A stretch of 64,000 nt of DNA from the human T2T-CHM13v2.0 reference genome, Homo sapiens, in assembly GCF_009914755.1 (NCBI RefSeq), contig NC_060947.1. One strand, written 5' to 3'. The first letter of the stretch is position 1; the number at the start of each line of letters is the position of its first letter. The position numbers were made by a program, and so were the translations under genes. Shown here piece by piece: positions 1-20,515 of this stretch. Below the pieces are notes generated by a model, which was not told where the DNA came from, ran no database searches, and worked only from the letters and a program-made list of their open reading frames with translations.

Positions 1-224
1 GTTGTCTAATTTAAAAAACTGTCACAGCACCCCAACCTTCAGCAACCACCATCATGATCAGTTAGCATCCATCAACATCAAGGCAAGACCCTACACCAGC
101 AAAAAGATTATGAATTGCTGAACGCGTGGATGATCGTTAGCATTTTTCAGACAATAAAATACTTTCAAATTAAAATATGTAATTTTCTTTAGATATAATG
201 CTATTGCACACTTAATAGACTATA
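1..224 (+). mobile_element. Tigger1-like DNA transposon, 3' fragment
   Basis: Resembles the recalled Tigger1 3' region (ccccaaccttcagcaaccacc...aggcaagaccctacaccagcaaaaagatta...gctattgcacacttaatagacta). Confidence 0.7.
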
Positions 225-314
225 AGGGCCACAGGGACATTTGCCAGTATAAACAAATTTCCTATATGAGGAACTCCTAGTCTTGGGATGGACATCTAGG
301 CACTAGGCCTTTCA

Positions 315-2600
<2,286 letters not shown>

Positions 2601-2659
2601 AAATACTGTATGATTGAAATAGCTATTTTTATCTGATCAACTGATAATGAGCATATTAT

Positions 2660-3133
2660 TAGGGTAGTTGTTTTCATGTGCCCAACATCCTTTTGCTCTT
2701 CTTTTAATAACAACAGCTTCATATTCCTTTAGGTAACTACCCTCCAGCAACACTTTCAATCTTTGTCATTTTAATTGGACAGATTCCATCTTCCAGATTA
2801 CAGATTTGGGAAATGTGATCCTGTGGGCCTGGTAAATCAGAGTCAAGGTAATTAGGTCAGCATGTGCCTGTGACCCAAGGATGCGATAACTACCAAAATT
2901 TTGCTGGGGCTGTTGGGAACAGGTAATTCTTTTTCCTCCTGGTAGACTGTGAAAGCACATCTGAGTCATTAGAAGAAATTGAGTTCTGATGATATTTTCG
3001 GAAGCCCTGAATCTAGCTATGCTTGAAGTAACACACCTGTTGCAAGATACTCTAGTTATTTGGGCCAATCAATTTATTTCTTTGCTTAAATTTATTTTTA
3101 AATGTGTTGCTGTCATTTTCAATAGTTAATACA
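2660..3133 (+). mobile_element. Degenerate MLT1-type MaLR LTR
   Basis: MLT1-like 3' motifs ending in taataca; boundaries approximate. Confidence 0.45.
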
Positions 3134-3395
3134 AAAATGAAATCAGTTCTATGAGTTTTGACATTTGTTACAGTTGTAAATTGTCAGATTTTGTAGAGAT
3201 GACCTAAATTGTATTGACAAAATAATCTCTGCTCCCGCAACCTGGCAGCTATGATGTACATGAGGAATTTATAAGCCTACAAGAAAAATAGGGTTGGGGA
3301 ACCATGGTGATCTATAAAAGCAATTATGAATATTTTTAAATGTATAAAAATAAATTTATCAGTATACTAATGACTATATTAGTGGTAATTTATAC

Positions 3396-4597
<1,202 letters not shown>

Positions 4598-4678
4598 CAC
4601 ACTTAATAGTAAATGGTTCTGTACAGTTAATTTAAATTTATTATTACTTACTTCCTGGACATGAAGGATTACCTTCCT

Positions 4679-4952
4679 CAGAGGTGAATTTACCATGAAG
4701 CTAATGTAGCTTATGCTTCAAGGCCCCTCATTTGCAGGAGCACCTTCTAAGGCTTGAGTGTTTACATGACAACGTGTTCACATGGTCATATGTTTTTGTA
4801 AAATTTGTAAAACTTGCAAAAGTAGGATATTTAACCTCATTTGGTTCAGGCTACCGTGCATTTTGTGTCTAGTTTTATATTTATAATTTTGTGTTCTTTT
4901 CTTAAAAGAGAGCCTTCCAAACTTCAGGCCAATAAAATTTGATCCATCCCTG
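4679..4952. mobile_element. MER53-like hAT non-autonomous DNA element
   Basis: Imperfect terminal inverted ends cagaggtgaattta... / ...cttcaggcc...gatccatccctg. Confidence 0.5.
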
Positions 4953-5438
4953 GTCTTCTCTCAAAATTATCAGACAATGGCAAATTCATTTTGCTCTGTT
5001 GTGGATAATATGCCTACTAAGTGACAATTTGATGTGTGTGTGTGTGTATGTGTTTCCCTCCATACTGAAAAGTACTTTTCTGATTTTAAGACTCTAAATA
5101 TCAGTGTAGTGCCTTTCTATTTTCAGATAGCATCATGATTCCAGAAAACATTTCATGTGTCTCAGTCCTTTTCTTGCTAATGGATGCAACTCCAAGGTCA
5201 GGGTTCATGTTCTTTCTTTTATGGCTGTATTGTAAAACCATTACTCTTCCTCACCTATTTGCCAATCTTTCCTCAACCATTTGCCTTTTTTTTCTCTTAT
5301 CAAATTCCCTTCTTTTTAAACTACCTCCAACAGAAGTAACCCATATAACTAAAACCAAATTCTTGTGGCTGTAGAAATTATGCCAAAGTAAATTCTTGCA
5401 TGGTAGAATTTCACTTAAGGAAAGTTTGTGGTTGGTGA

Positions 5439-5828
<390 letters not shown>

Positions 5829-6046
5829 TAAACAGCTCTAATTTAACCTATTTTATTTTTAAAATAAAGGGAAATTATTTTATTTTCATGCTTTTGTAAG
5901 ACTTTTCACATAAATACAATGATGAATTGGAGAAAAATCTTTTAACACACTATATGGCTTAACGTATAGTTGAAAAATATGATATCTTAACACCACATTT
6001 TTGTGGGTAAATAATGCTCCACATAAATGATCTGTTCAACAGATAC

Positions 6047-6082
6047 AAACACACACACACAAACACACACACACACACACAC
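6047..6082. repeat. (CA)n microsatellite
   Basis: Seen directly. Confidence 0.9.
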
Positions 6083-8534
6083 TCTCTCTCAAATTGCAAA
6101 TCAGTAGGCATGTTATCCACAAGAAGGCAAAATAAATTTGCAAGCTTCTGGTAAATATAGTTTTTACCATATGCCAGGAGCTGAGTTATTTCTTATAACT
6201 GAAGTTTATTCCTTTGAAAGCCACAAGCTTAATTTTGGGGGAAGAAATATTTCTAAAATATATGGCATGGAGAGACGTCTTCTTAAGTAAAAGCCACTGA
6301 ACATAATTTAGGTTTCTGATTAATCAGGCTCATCAAAGTGAATATCAACTATGGTGCTAACTTGTACATGTTACACTGCTTTCAGAGCCAGTTCATGTAT
6401 TTCAGACTCTCTGGCCCTATGATAATGCTGTGGTTTCTGAGTTCCTTTCTCTTCTCTCTATCTCTCTCTCTGTCTCTCTCTCTCCTTCATTAGTGCCATC
6501 CACCACTGTCAACTATAACTTCCTTTTGTGGTCAGCACTGCCTCATTCTAACAATACCGCCTTCACACACACTTCCAGTGTACTACTTCTAAACTCTTAT
6601 GACCTAAGAAATCAGAACATCCTTTTGTTTGAATTCTGTGTAAAATAGGAGTAAACAGCTCTAAGGACCTAGGGGGAGGGAGGTCCTCTGACTAAATCAA
6701 TGTATATTCTTGCAAGAATTTCATTATATATAATTGGGCTTCATAGAAAATATTTTAGTTTCTTCCTGATTTTTATCTATACTTTGGATTGAGTTGCCAA
6801 ATAATAATTCTTTAGATAAGAAATATATTCCTGAAATTGAAAATATTCTATGTGTTAAGTAGATTACATGCCAGTGCAGTCATATATGCTCTTCTTATTC
6901 ACAGTACATGAGTAAGGCTATAAATCATCTCACACAAACCTTGGAGATTAGGAAAATACAATTGACTTCAAATATCAAATCTTTGTAAGACGGTATTTGA
7001 TTAGCTGTATGTGGACAAAGTAAAAAGTTGTTTATGAGTTCTAAAGAGTTTGGGAAGATCCGAAAGTCTAATCCAGGTGAACTAGGTACAATCTCATAAA
7101 GGTAGGACGAACACTGGGATTCAGCAAGTGAACTGAACCCTAATTTTATTATCTTGTAGCTGAGAATAGCAATTCTCAACCTCTTTTTGCCTCAGGATTT
7201 TCCACACTATCATGAGTAACCATAGTTTGCTAGAGATTCTACTGGGGAAAAAAGTATCTTTCTTATGTCAGAATACTTTTTGTAGCAATTCATCCAACTC
7301 AAAGCAATTTAAATAATGAAGATAATTTATAATCCTATATAGCTGAAAATTCCAAAGTAGTTTTAGGTAAGGCTTGATCCTGCAGTTCTATCAAGTCCCA
7401 GAAGACAGTATTTCTTTTGATGTTTCTTCTGTCTTCCTTGATTAACTTGTCATCATAAGACTTATTTCCCTCATAGCCCCATGATGGCTGTCAGCAGCAC
7501 CCCAGCATACATGTTTCCTTTTTCATATGCAGCAGAAAAAAGTAAGCATTTTTGCCTTAGCATTTCCAGCAAAACTCCTCAGATTCACTAACTGCACTGG
7601 CTTCACTCACATCACCCATCGAACCAATCTACATGGGTTGGGGGAAGGAACGAGCTTAATGGTTTCACATGTAGTTTTCCTTTCTAAATGTATCAAACTC
7701 AAATGCCTATATAAGCCAGAACAAAGATATAATTAAAGAAAATGGGCCTGATGTGTACACTAATATATTAGAGAGTCTGTGTCCCATAGAAAAGACTCAG
7801 ATCCTACTCAGACCCTTGCAACTGATGCCACAGAAAGAAGAATCAGTGTTGGTGGGTATTGTGGCTTTTCAAGGGAAGTTGGAAATCCAGATTTTTATGT
7901 GAAGTTTTAGAATTCTTTATTTAATTTCAAACTCCTTATATACTATACCACAGGCCTACAAAAAGCATCTGCAGATTGAATCCAGACTATCAGGATGCAA
8001 CGTATGTCCTAAAGAACAGAATGCAATGACCTGCTGTTGCAAGGATTCTGGTCCAATGAATGATTGTCTTTCTCATTGTCCATTAATCAATTGGCATTTT
8101 AGTTTTCTGTTTTAGTCTCTGTGAGCTTGCTTAATGGGAATCCTTCCCTGAGGGACAAATCCTTTCTTAGTGCACCAACCAAATCAAATTTCTAAACCTA
8201 CCAGGATGAGAATCAAACCCAGGAAGTAATGAAATTACTAAAGCCTTTACCATCTTTCATGGATCATGAAAGCCAGCCCAATATCCCTCCCTGATTCACT
8301 GTGAGTCACTTGCACCTTTCTATCCAGGTTGTAACACCTTTCCTTCAAACAAATAAACTGTACTATGAAAGACCCCCCAACATGTCTCCTCTTAGCAATG
8401 TGTTATTTTTGCTACAGTATGATTTGATTCATAAAATGTAGATTTACTCTGAACTTCTGAAAAAGGCACCAATTATATAAAACAAGGTATACTTCTAGAT
8501 TTAATTTCTTTTTCCTAAGTAGACATGGAAATGT

Positions 8535-9045
8535 GTAATTTGGGAATATTTTGGTTGCAAGTATCAGAAGTCAAATGCAAACTAACTTAAGCAAAATAAA
8601 GTGGATGTAATGGGGAATGTACCTCTGAAGTCAGAGGGGCATTTCATTAGCTGTAGACACAGCTAGATCTAGAAGCTCCAATTCTTTCTCTACCTGCCAC
8701 TTCTACTTGTTTTCATTCTCACAGAGCCCCACCCCCACTCCCCATAGAGGCACAGGAGTGAGAGAATGTGACCGTCAGCCACCCCAGAGGTGTTTTGCAG
8801 CAATTTCAACAGAAATACTGTGGCTAGCCTGACTTTAATCATATGCTCATCCCTGGACCAATCATTGGGGACAAGGAAAAGGGGTACTTTGGCTAGATCT
8901 GGGCCATAAGACCACCCTTGTCTCATAAGACCACCCTAAGATTAAAATAATATAAACTGTGTTTCCCCATAGGAAAGAAGGGTTCTACTCCCAAGAGAAA
9001 GAGGTAAAGTTTGTGGACAGACAAAAGCAACACAAATCCACTATA
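8535..9045 (-). mobile_element. Old MLT1-type MaLR LTR fragment
   Basis: ttggttgcaagtatcagaag...actaacttaagcaaaa motif typical of MLT1J/K ends. Confidence 0.5.
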
Positions 9046-9058
9046 ACAATTTACAACC

Positions 9059-9278
9059 GGGGGGAGGGGGGAGGGATAGCATTGGGAGATATACCTAATG
9101 CTAGATGACGAGTTAGTGGGTGCAGCGCACCAGCATGGCACATGTATACATATGTAACTAACCTGCACAATGTGCACATGTACCCTAAAACTTAAAGTAT
9201 AATAAAAAAATAAATAAATAAATAAATAAAGAAAAGCAGGAAAAAAAAATAACGTATATCCACATAAGAAAAAAAAAA
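9059..9278 (+). mobile_element. 5'-truncated young L1 (L1PA2-like) 3' end with extra tail segment
   Basis: Near-consensus L1 3' UTR with GAG (not the Ta-diagnostic ACA) and cttaaagtat; perfect 14-bp TSD aacaatttacaacc at 9045-9058 and 9279-9292. Confidence 0.92.
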
Positions 9279-10834
9279 AACAATTTACAACCTTTGGAAT
9301 TAATCCTTTGCTTTATCTACTACAGATAGAAACACTATTCTGCTGATGAAGAGGACACATTCAAATAAGTTCTATATTAAATCTAATTAAAACACAATAA
9401 AAGAGAATCTTCTACAGTAATGTGAAATTCCTTGGAAAGTACAGTGCTACTTCATTATATAAAACACAGAGATGGAAGAGACCCAGCAACGATGCAGGCC
9501 ATCCATCAAGTGGTGTATTTTAAGCCTTTCTCCTTCCCAGGCCAGTCTAGCCGGAGTGTCAAATTATGCCACTTATGCCACATTTCTTAACTTAATAATC
9601 CTCTCAGTCAGGACATTTTGGGCTGATTGAACATCATTCTAAGCTCATGTGAGTCCACAGCAAAGTGAGATCTCAAAAAACCGTTAAAGGACTGGGAGGG
9701 AAAGTATAAGTGGTACATGTGGATTCTTACATAAATCTGAATACAATTTTGAGCATTTAAAGTTGTGTACTGCTACGCTATGATGCCAGGCCTTCAGGAA
9801 GTGCTCTCTGTAAGCCAGGATGATGTCTTTGAATTGACAAGGAGCAGAAGAGGCTAGTATGAGGCACTGCTACGACATCTGGTATTCTCTGGTGCCATTG
9901 ACCAGTTTGGGATTTTGGGGTAGCAGTTTAGAATCACTAATGTGGTCAACTGAGAGCTATTGATGGTGCTCCTCTTCCCCTCAAAAGCTTAGCACTCAGG
10001 TGCCTCAGTGTTGAAAACTCTAATTTTAGAATTTGTGTGTTTGGTTTATGCATCTTTCTTTTTCCACAGTCCTCTTTTAAAGTGATCACTCTCCCCATTC
10101 CAGAGGTAACATATTAAGTCATTCTGTATATAAATGGTGTCTATTCTATTCTGTTTTCATCTTGCAGAAGGAACACTTACATATTCAGAGACCTCTTGGA
10201 ACTTGGAGCTGGGGGTGGCACAAAAAGAGTGTCAAGAGCAAAATTTAAAACTGGCCAGCTTGCCAGAGTCTGGCCCTATTGCCCATCAGTTTCATAGCCC
10301 CTCAAGTGGAGGAGGTCTCTTTAGCTCCACTACAGACTCTTCTAGGAAGCTCCTGATGTGTTAGGGCTACTAGACCTACAGGCTTTTCCCTATAGGAGTA
10401 GAGGCTGCAACTCTGGAAAAGGCGTAAAGGTTAAACAGCCACACTGGCCAGGGAGTTAGGGGGAGTGTGGTCCAACAAAAGGATAGACCCTAGAGCAAGA
10501 CTCGGCCGGTTTTGTTTCCGGGGAAGATCAGTAGAGCATATCCCTTAGGACAGAAGTTGGATACAGTATGCAGAGCAGGAATGCTTAGGTTGAGTTATAA
10601 GGAATGAGAATTTGGTCAATTACATTCTCTTAATGTCTAATTATCCCTCCTTGGTCTTGCTTAACAAATTCCTCCTCTTCTTTTTAACATACGATTTAAA
10701 CGTTTGTAAACTGTTATCACACCCTTGCTTAATGACCACTTAGCAAAGCCGCATTTTAAATCCCTTTCATCTTTTACTGTAAATCAACCCCTTTCTTCAA
10801 TGGATCTTTTTGTTCTCTCATTGCTGGTAAGCCT

Positions 10835-11070
10835 TTTCTCTTTTCTCTTTCCTTCCTTCCTTCCTTCCTTCCTTCCTTCCTTCCTTCCTTCCTTCCTTCC
10901 TTCCTTCCTCCCTTCCTTCCTTTTCTTTCTTTCCTTTTCTTTTCTTTCTTTCTCTTTCTTTCTTTCTTCTCTCTTTCTCTCTTTTCTCTTCCTCCCTCCC
11001 TCCCTCTCTCCCTCCTTCCTTCCTTTCTCCTTTCCTTCCTTTTTCATTTTCCTTTTCTTATTCTTTTTTC
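10835..11070. repeat. (CCTT)n / CT-rich polypyrimidine tract
   Basis: Seen directly. Confidence 0.95.
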
Positions 11071-11229
11071 TTAAATCTTATTCTGGAATTAAAACATTCC
11101 AGCCTTGTTAATTGGTCCTGGGCGATTACCTGCTTTGGTCGAATTCTCCTTCCACTTTTCAGCACCTTTTCTTTATCTACAGAACTGCTATAGGAGTGGA
11201 TTCCATATTCTTCAATAATTGCTACAATA

Positions 11230-11418
11230 CAGCCCTGTTTCTCAAATTTTATTGTACATCAAAATCGCCTGGGAGTGTTCCTTTAAAATATAATTTATTT
11301 TGTTCCATTTTCCTGATGAAGTAGCAATTCATTAATTACTTCCCCAGTTTTAAAAGAAGTACCCATAGGTAATTGTGATGCAAGTGATCCAGAGGCTACA
11401 CCCTGAGAAACACTGCTA
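11230..11418. mobile_element. MER5-like hAT element
   Basis: Ends ...gtttctcaaa / ...tgagaaacactg form the MER5-type inverted termini. Confidence 0.55.
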
Positions 11419-12462
11419 TAGACCTTAGAGGAACCAGAAACCATTCTCCATTAATCACCTATGCTAGTGCTTTGCCAAAGGTGGTGGTGGTGCACAAAAT
11501 AATTTCAGGTGGTCCACAAATGCTATTGATATTAAATTATACAGGATTACATAATGAGAAAGCTTTGCCTTTTACATTCTTTTTCCATTCTCACTTTAGT
11601 ACAAGTTTGTTTTGAACATTTACCTGACACTTTCTAATTAAACTTTTCACAAAGGAAAAACAGATCTCAAAGCCACAGGCAGCAAAATTTAGCTAGATTT
11701 TAAGAATATTGTTTTGTTTTCATTGCATTTACTTTTACTCTTGCCTTCCATTTATGGCAAATGATACTGGTTTGCATTTACTGTAATGAGGTAAACTCTC
11801 CTTTTCAAATAAATAAAAACAATTTAAGTAATTTAAAGAAATAATGTATTAAATAAATAATAGTAAAATTAGCATGTGTATAAAGCAAAAATTGTGAAGG
11901 AAGCTTTTTGGTGGTAAAGAGAGATAATAAACTTGGGAAGGTGATTCACAGAAATCTCAAGTGTGAGAACCAAAGCTGTGCCCAGGTAAAGCCATTAGTT
12001 TGACCTTTTTTTTTTTATTTTGCTGAATCATCTGTTGTCATTACCAATATTTTCGAGTAGGAGATCAATTGTTGTATTGTTGTCTCTTGGTAATATTTAT
12101 AATTCACCAAAAATCACTTGCGCTGTTTGACTTACACTATCAATTTTTAATAAATCCAATCTTTTCATGGCTGTGAGTTCACAATTTTGATATTTGAGTT
12201 TCTACTATTGAATGAGGACTCATTTCTTTCCTTCTTCTTTTGGCTATCTGTGAGTCACTCCTATTTGCATAGAACACAGTGCTAGACACTGTAGTATGGA
12301 GAAAGAAATGTAAGAACCATCCTCTAGGACTTTAAAATCTAGTTGGAGAGTCAAAAGGAAAACACATAACAAAAGCTAGTGAAGGGGATTAGAATACGCC
12401 ATCCCAAAATATGCCACTTTTGCATGAGGCTTATTTAGAGCTGAAAGCAATTGAAAATCGAC

Positions 12463-13150
12463 TGAGGAATAAAAATGAAATCCAAAGCCCCCCAACTGAC
12501 TGAGGAGACCCCAGAGAAACCTTGGAAGCTATTCCCAGTCATGATGAGATGGGAGGTTGGACACACCTTGTTATATTCCAATCCTCACTAATGGCCATTA
12601 GGCTTTCTTCCCTAAGGGCTAAACAAAGCCAGACCCTTTGAAAGGCTCTACTGCTTATGTCAATCAACGGTCTATGTTGCCTCACCCTTTTCTGGTTTTG
12701 CCACAACAATCAACCAGCATTCCTCCCTGATAAAAGACCACTGTCCACGGAGTGGTTCTGGCCTATCTGTGGAGAATGTGCAGTGACAGTTTTCATCATT
12801 GCTTCACCTTTTGATGTCAGAGGGCCAAATACTCCACCCTCAGATCATGCTAATGCTGCCACTTTTTGTACATGGGACTCATAAAGGGGCATAAGGCTCA
12901 ATTGTGCATGTGCACGTTTTTCCTTTCATAAATATTCATGACTCCTCCTATAGCTTATTAAATATGGATATTTAGCCACCCTGCTCAGTGTAAATTCTTG
13001 CTCCCTTTGCCCCTCTCTCAAAGTGTCTGTTTCTGGCCAGAGGCTATGCTTCCCCGCCTGTCAAAATAGCCACCTTGCAGGCTGCAACCCTTTATGAGAA
13101 ATAAAGCTCTCATTTCTAAATCTGTGAACCTCATCATTCTTCAGTTGAAA
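12463..13150 (+). mobile_element. MER50-like ERV1 solo LTR
   Basis: aaaaatgaaatccaaagccccccaactgactga...aaataaagctctc...attcttcagttg matches recalled MER50 ends. Confidence 0.65.
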
Positions 13151-13565
13151 CAACAAATGCAGGAAGAATTCTTTGCTCTCCCTTTATCTGCATAAAAGCA
13201 GGGCATAAATTTCCCTTTGTGATGGTGTTTTCTCCCTATTCCAGGAAGGGAAAGAAGAGTAACTTTTATCATTGGAGATGGAGAGTCCATACCAAGATGA
13301 GTTTGCATAAACAGACCTTACTAAAATAATCCTTATCTTTTATTACATTCCCATTTTTTTTATTATACTTTAAGTTCTAGGGTACATGTGCACAATGTGC
13401 AGGTTTGTTACATATGTATACATGTGCCATGTTGGTGTGCTGCACCCGTTAACTCGTCATTTACATTAGGTATATCTCCTAATGCTATCCCTCCCCACTC
13501 CCCCCACTCCACGACAGGCCCCCGTGTGTGATGTTCCCCACCCTGTGTCCAAGTGTTCTCATTGT

Positions 13566-17391
<3,826 letters not shown>

Positions 17392-17454
17392 TATGATGTT
17401 AGCTGGTTATTTTGCTCGTTAGTTGATGCAATTTCTTCCTAGCATCGATGGTCT

Positions 17455-18471
17455 TTACAATTTGGCATGTTTTTGCAGTAGCTGGTACTGGTTGTTCCTT
17501 TCCACGTTTAGTGCTTCCTTCAGGAGCTCTTGTAAGGCAGGCCTGGTGGTGACACAATCTCTCAGCATTTGTTTGCCTGTAAAGTATTTTATTTCTCCTT
17601 CACTTATGAAGCTTAGTTTGGCTGGATATGAAATTCTGGGTTGAAAATTCTTTTCTTTAAGAATGTTGAATATTGGCCCCCACTCTCTTCTGGCTTGTAG
17701 AGTTTCTGCTGAGAGATGCACTGTTAGTCTGATGGGCTTCCCTTTGTGGGTAACCCGACCTTTCTCTCTGGCTGCCCTTAACATTTTTTCTTTCATTTCA
17801 ACTTTGGTGAATCTGACAATTATGTGTCTTGGAGTTGATCTTCTCGAGGAGTATCTCTGTGGCATTCTCTGTATTTCCTGAATTTGAATGTTGGCCTGCC
17901 TTGCTAATTTGGGGAAGTTCTCCTGGATAATATCCTGAAGAGTGTTTTCCAACTTGGCTCCATTCTCCCCATTACTTTCAGGTACACCAATCTGACATGG
18001 ATTTGGTCTTTTCACATAGTCCCATATTTCTTGGAGGATTTGTTCATTTCTTTTTACTCTTTTTTCTCTAAACTTCTCACTTCATTTCATTCATTTGATC
18101 TTCAATCACTGATACCCTTTCTTCCACTTGATCAAATTGGCTACTGAAGCTTGTGCATGCTTCACGTAGTTCTCGTGCCATGGTTTTTAGCTCCATCAGG
18201 TCATTTGAGGTCTTCTCTACACTGTTTATTCTAGTTAGCCATTGTCCAATCTTTTTTCAAGATTTTTAGCTTCTTTGCGATGGGTTCGAACATCCTCCTT
18301 TAGCTCGGAGAAGTTTGTTATTACCGATCGTCTGAAGACTTCTTCTCTCAACTCGTCAAAGTCTTTCTCTGTCTAGCTTTGTTCTGTTGCTGGCGAGGAG
18401 CTGCATTCCTTTGGAGAAGAGGTGCTCTGATTGTTAGAATTTTCACCTTTTCTGCTCTGGTTTCTCCCCAT
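17455..18471 (-). pseudogene. L1 ORF1, disrupted
   Basis: ATG at 18471 (MGRNQS...); only the C-terminal 186 aa remain open (RPALQELLKEAL...KHAKL). Confidence 0.9.
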
Positions 18472-19047
18472 CTCTGTGGTTTTATCTACCTTTGGTCTTT
18501 GATTATGGTGACTTACAGATGTGGTTTTGGTGTGGATGTCCTTTCCGTTTGTTAGTTTTCCTTCTAACAGTCAGGACCCTCAGCTGCAGGTCTGTTGGAG
18601 TTTGTTGGAGGTCCACTCCAGACCCTGTTTGCCTGGGTATCACCAGCAGAGGCTGCAGAAGAGCAAATATTGCAGAACGGCAAATGTTGCTGCCTGATCC
18701 TTCCTCTGGAAGCTTTGTCTCAGAGGGGCACCTGGCTGTATGAGGTGTCAGTCGGCCCCTATTGGGAGGTGTCTCCCAGTTAGGCTACTCGGTGGTCAGG
18801 GCCCCACTTGAGGAGGCAGTCTGTCCATTCTCAGATCTCAAACTCCATGCTGGGAGACCCACTACTCTCTTCAAAGCTGTCAGACAGGGACGTTTAAGTC
18901 TGCAGAAGTTTCTGCTGCCTTTTGTTCAGCTATGCTCTGCCCCCAGAGGTGGAGTCTATAGAGGCAGGCAGGCCTCCTTGAGCTGCGGTGGGCTCCACCC
19001 AGTTCAAGCTTCCTGGCCACTTTGTTTACCTACTCAAGCCTCAGCAA

Positions 19048-19122
19048 ATGGTGCATGCCCCTCCCCCAGCCTCACTGCCGCCTTGCAGTTTGATCTCAGA
19101 CTGCTGTGCTAGCAGTGAGTGA
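19048..19122 (+). pseudogene. L1 antisense ORF0 homologue, truncated at codon 25
   Basis: MVHAPPPASLPPCSLISDCCASSE* resembles the recalled ORF0 N-terminus MAGAPPPASLPPCSLISDCCAS. Confidence 0.7.
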
Positions 19123-19519
19123 GGCTCCGTGGGTGTGGGACCCTCGGAGCCAGGCACAGGATATAATCCACTGGTGTGTGGTTTGCTAAGACCATTGGAA
19201 AAGCGCAGTATTAGGGTGGGAGTGTCCCGATTTTCCAGGTACCGTCTGTCATGGTTTCCCTTGGCTAGGAAAGGGAATTCCCCCACCCCTTGTCTTCCTG
19301 GGTGAGGTGATGCCCCACCCTGCTCCATGGGCTGCACCCACTGTCTGACAAGCCCCAGTGAGGTGAACCTGGTACCTCAGTTGGAAATGCAGAAATCACC
19401 TGTCTTCTGTGTTGCTCATGCTGGGAGCTGTAGACTGGAGCTGTTCCTATTTGGCCATCTTGGAACCTCTCCCATTTGTTTTGTAGTCACTTTCTCATGA
19501 TTTACCTTCCCTTGAGGCC

Positions 19520-19924
19520 TGTATTAGGCTGTTCTTGCATTGTGCTAAAGAAATACCTGAGACTGGGTAATTTATAAAGAAAAGAGATTTAATTGGCTCA
19601 CCATTCTGCAGGCTGTACAAGCATGCACTGGCATCTGCTCAGCTTCTGGGGAGTTCTCAGGGAGCTTTTACTTATGGTGGAATGTGAAGGGAGAGTAGGC
19701 ACATTACATGGTGAGAACAAGAGCAAGAGAAAGTATTGGGGAGGTGCCACACACTTTAAAAAAACCGGATCTCCCAAGAACTCACTCACTACTATGAGGA
19801 CAGCACCAAGTCATGAGGGATCCACCCCCATGACCCAAACACCTCTCACTAGACCTCACCTCCAACATTGGGTGTTACATTTCAGTATGAGATTTTGGTT
19901 GGGACAAATATCCAAACTATATCA
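19520..19924 (-). mobile_element. MST-type (MSTA-like) MaLR solo LTR
   Basis: tgtattaggctgttcttgcattg...aaatacctgagactgggtaatttataaag...ccaaactatatca; 5-bp flanks aggcc / aagcc. Confidence 0.85.
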
Positions 19925-20124
19925 AAGCCCAACCCCCATTTCCTTTGTTAAAATTATATATAAGCCCCTGAGTCTACTTCTTTGAGTTTCACGTCTTTTC
20001 TGTGAACTCCCTTGTACATAAATATTAATGAAAATAGTACTCCTCTCCTTCTGTTAATTTGTCTTTTGTTAGTTTAATTCACAGCCCCCCAGGCTCAAGA
20101 AAATTTTTTTCTTCCATCTATTAG

Positions 20125-20515
20125 TATTTATTGAGCACTTCTTAGTTAGCACTTACTATACAGAGCTAAAAGCTCTTCATTCATTATCTCATTTTATCCT
20201 CACAATGACCTTCTGAAGTAGGTATTAAATACATATTTATTGAACTCTTACCAGGTGCTTCATGTATGTTCTAAAATTCTCACAATGACCCTGTAAAGTC
20301 ATGATAATGATCAGTCCCATTTTAATGAGGGGATAATTTTGGCTCCAAAGCCAAAACTCTTTCTGCCTTGCTGTAATCCCAGTTTTACAAATGAGGAAAC
20401 CGAGGTTTAAAAAGGAAAAAGTAACTTGCTCCAGACCACATGACTGGTAAGTGACAGAACTGGGATTTAGTTTGACTCTAGGGCACATGTCCTTAACCCT
20501 TAAGGTATACTGTCT
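20125..20515 (-). mobile_element. Cluster of MIR fragments
   Basis: MIR core motifs (cctcacaatgaccct, ttttacaaatgaggaaaccgagg). Confidence 0.7.

Noticed and set aside
10725-11111. 128-aa and 87-aa ORFs with repetitive peptides
   Set aside because: Artefacts of the (CCTT)n tract.
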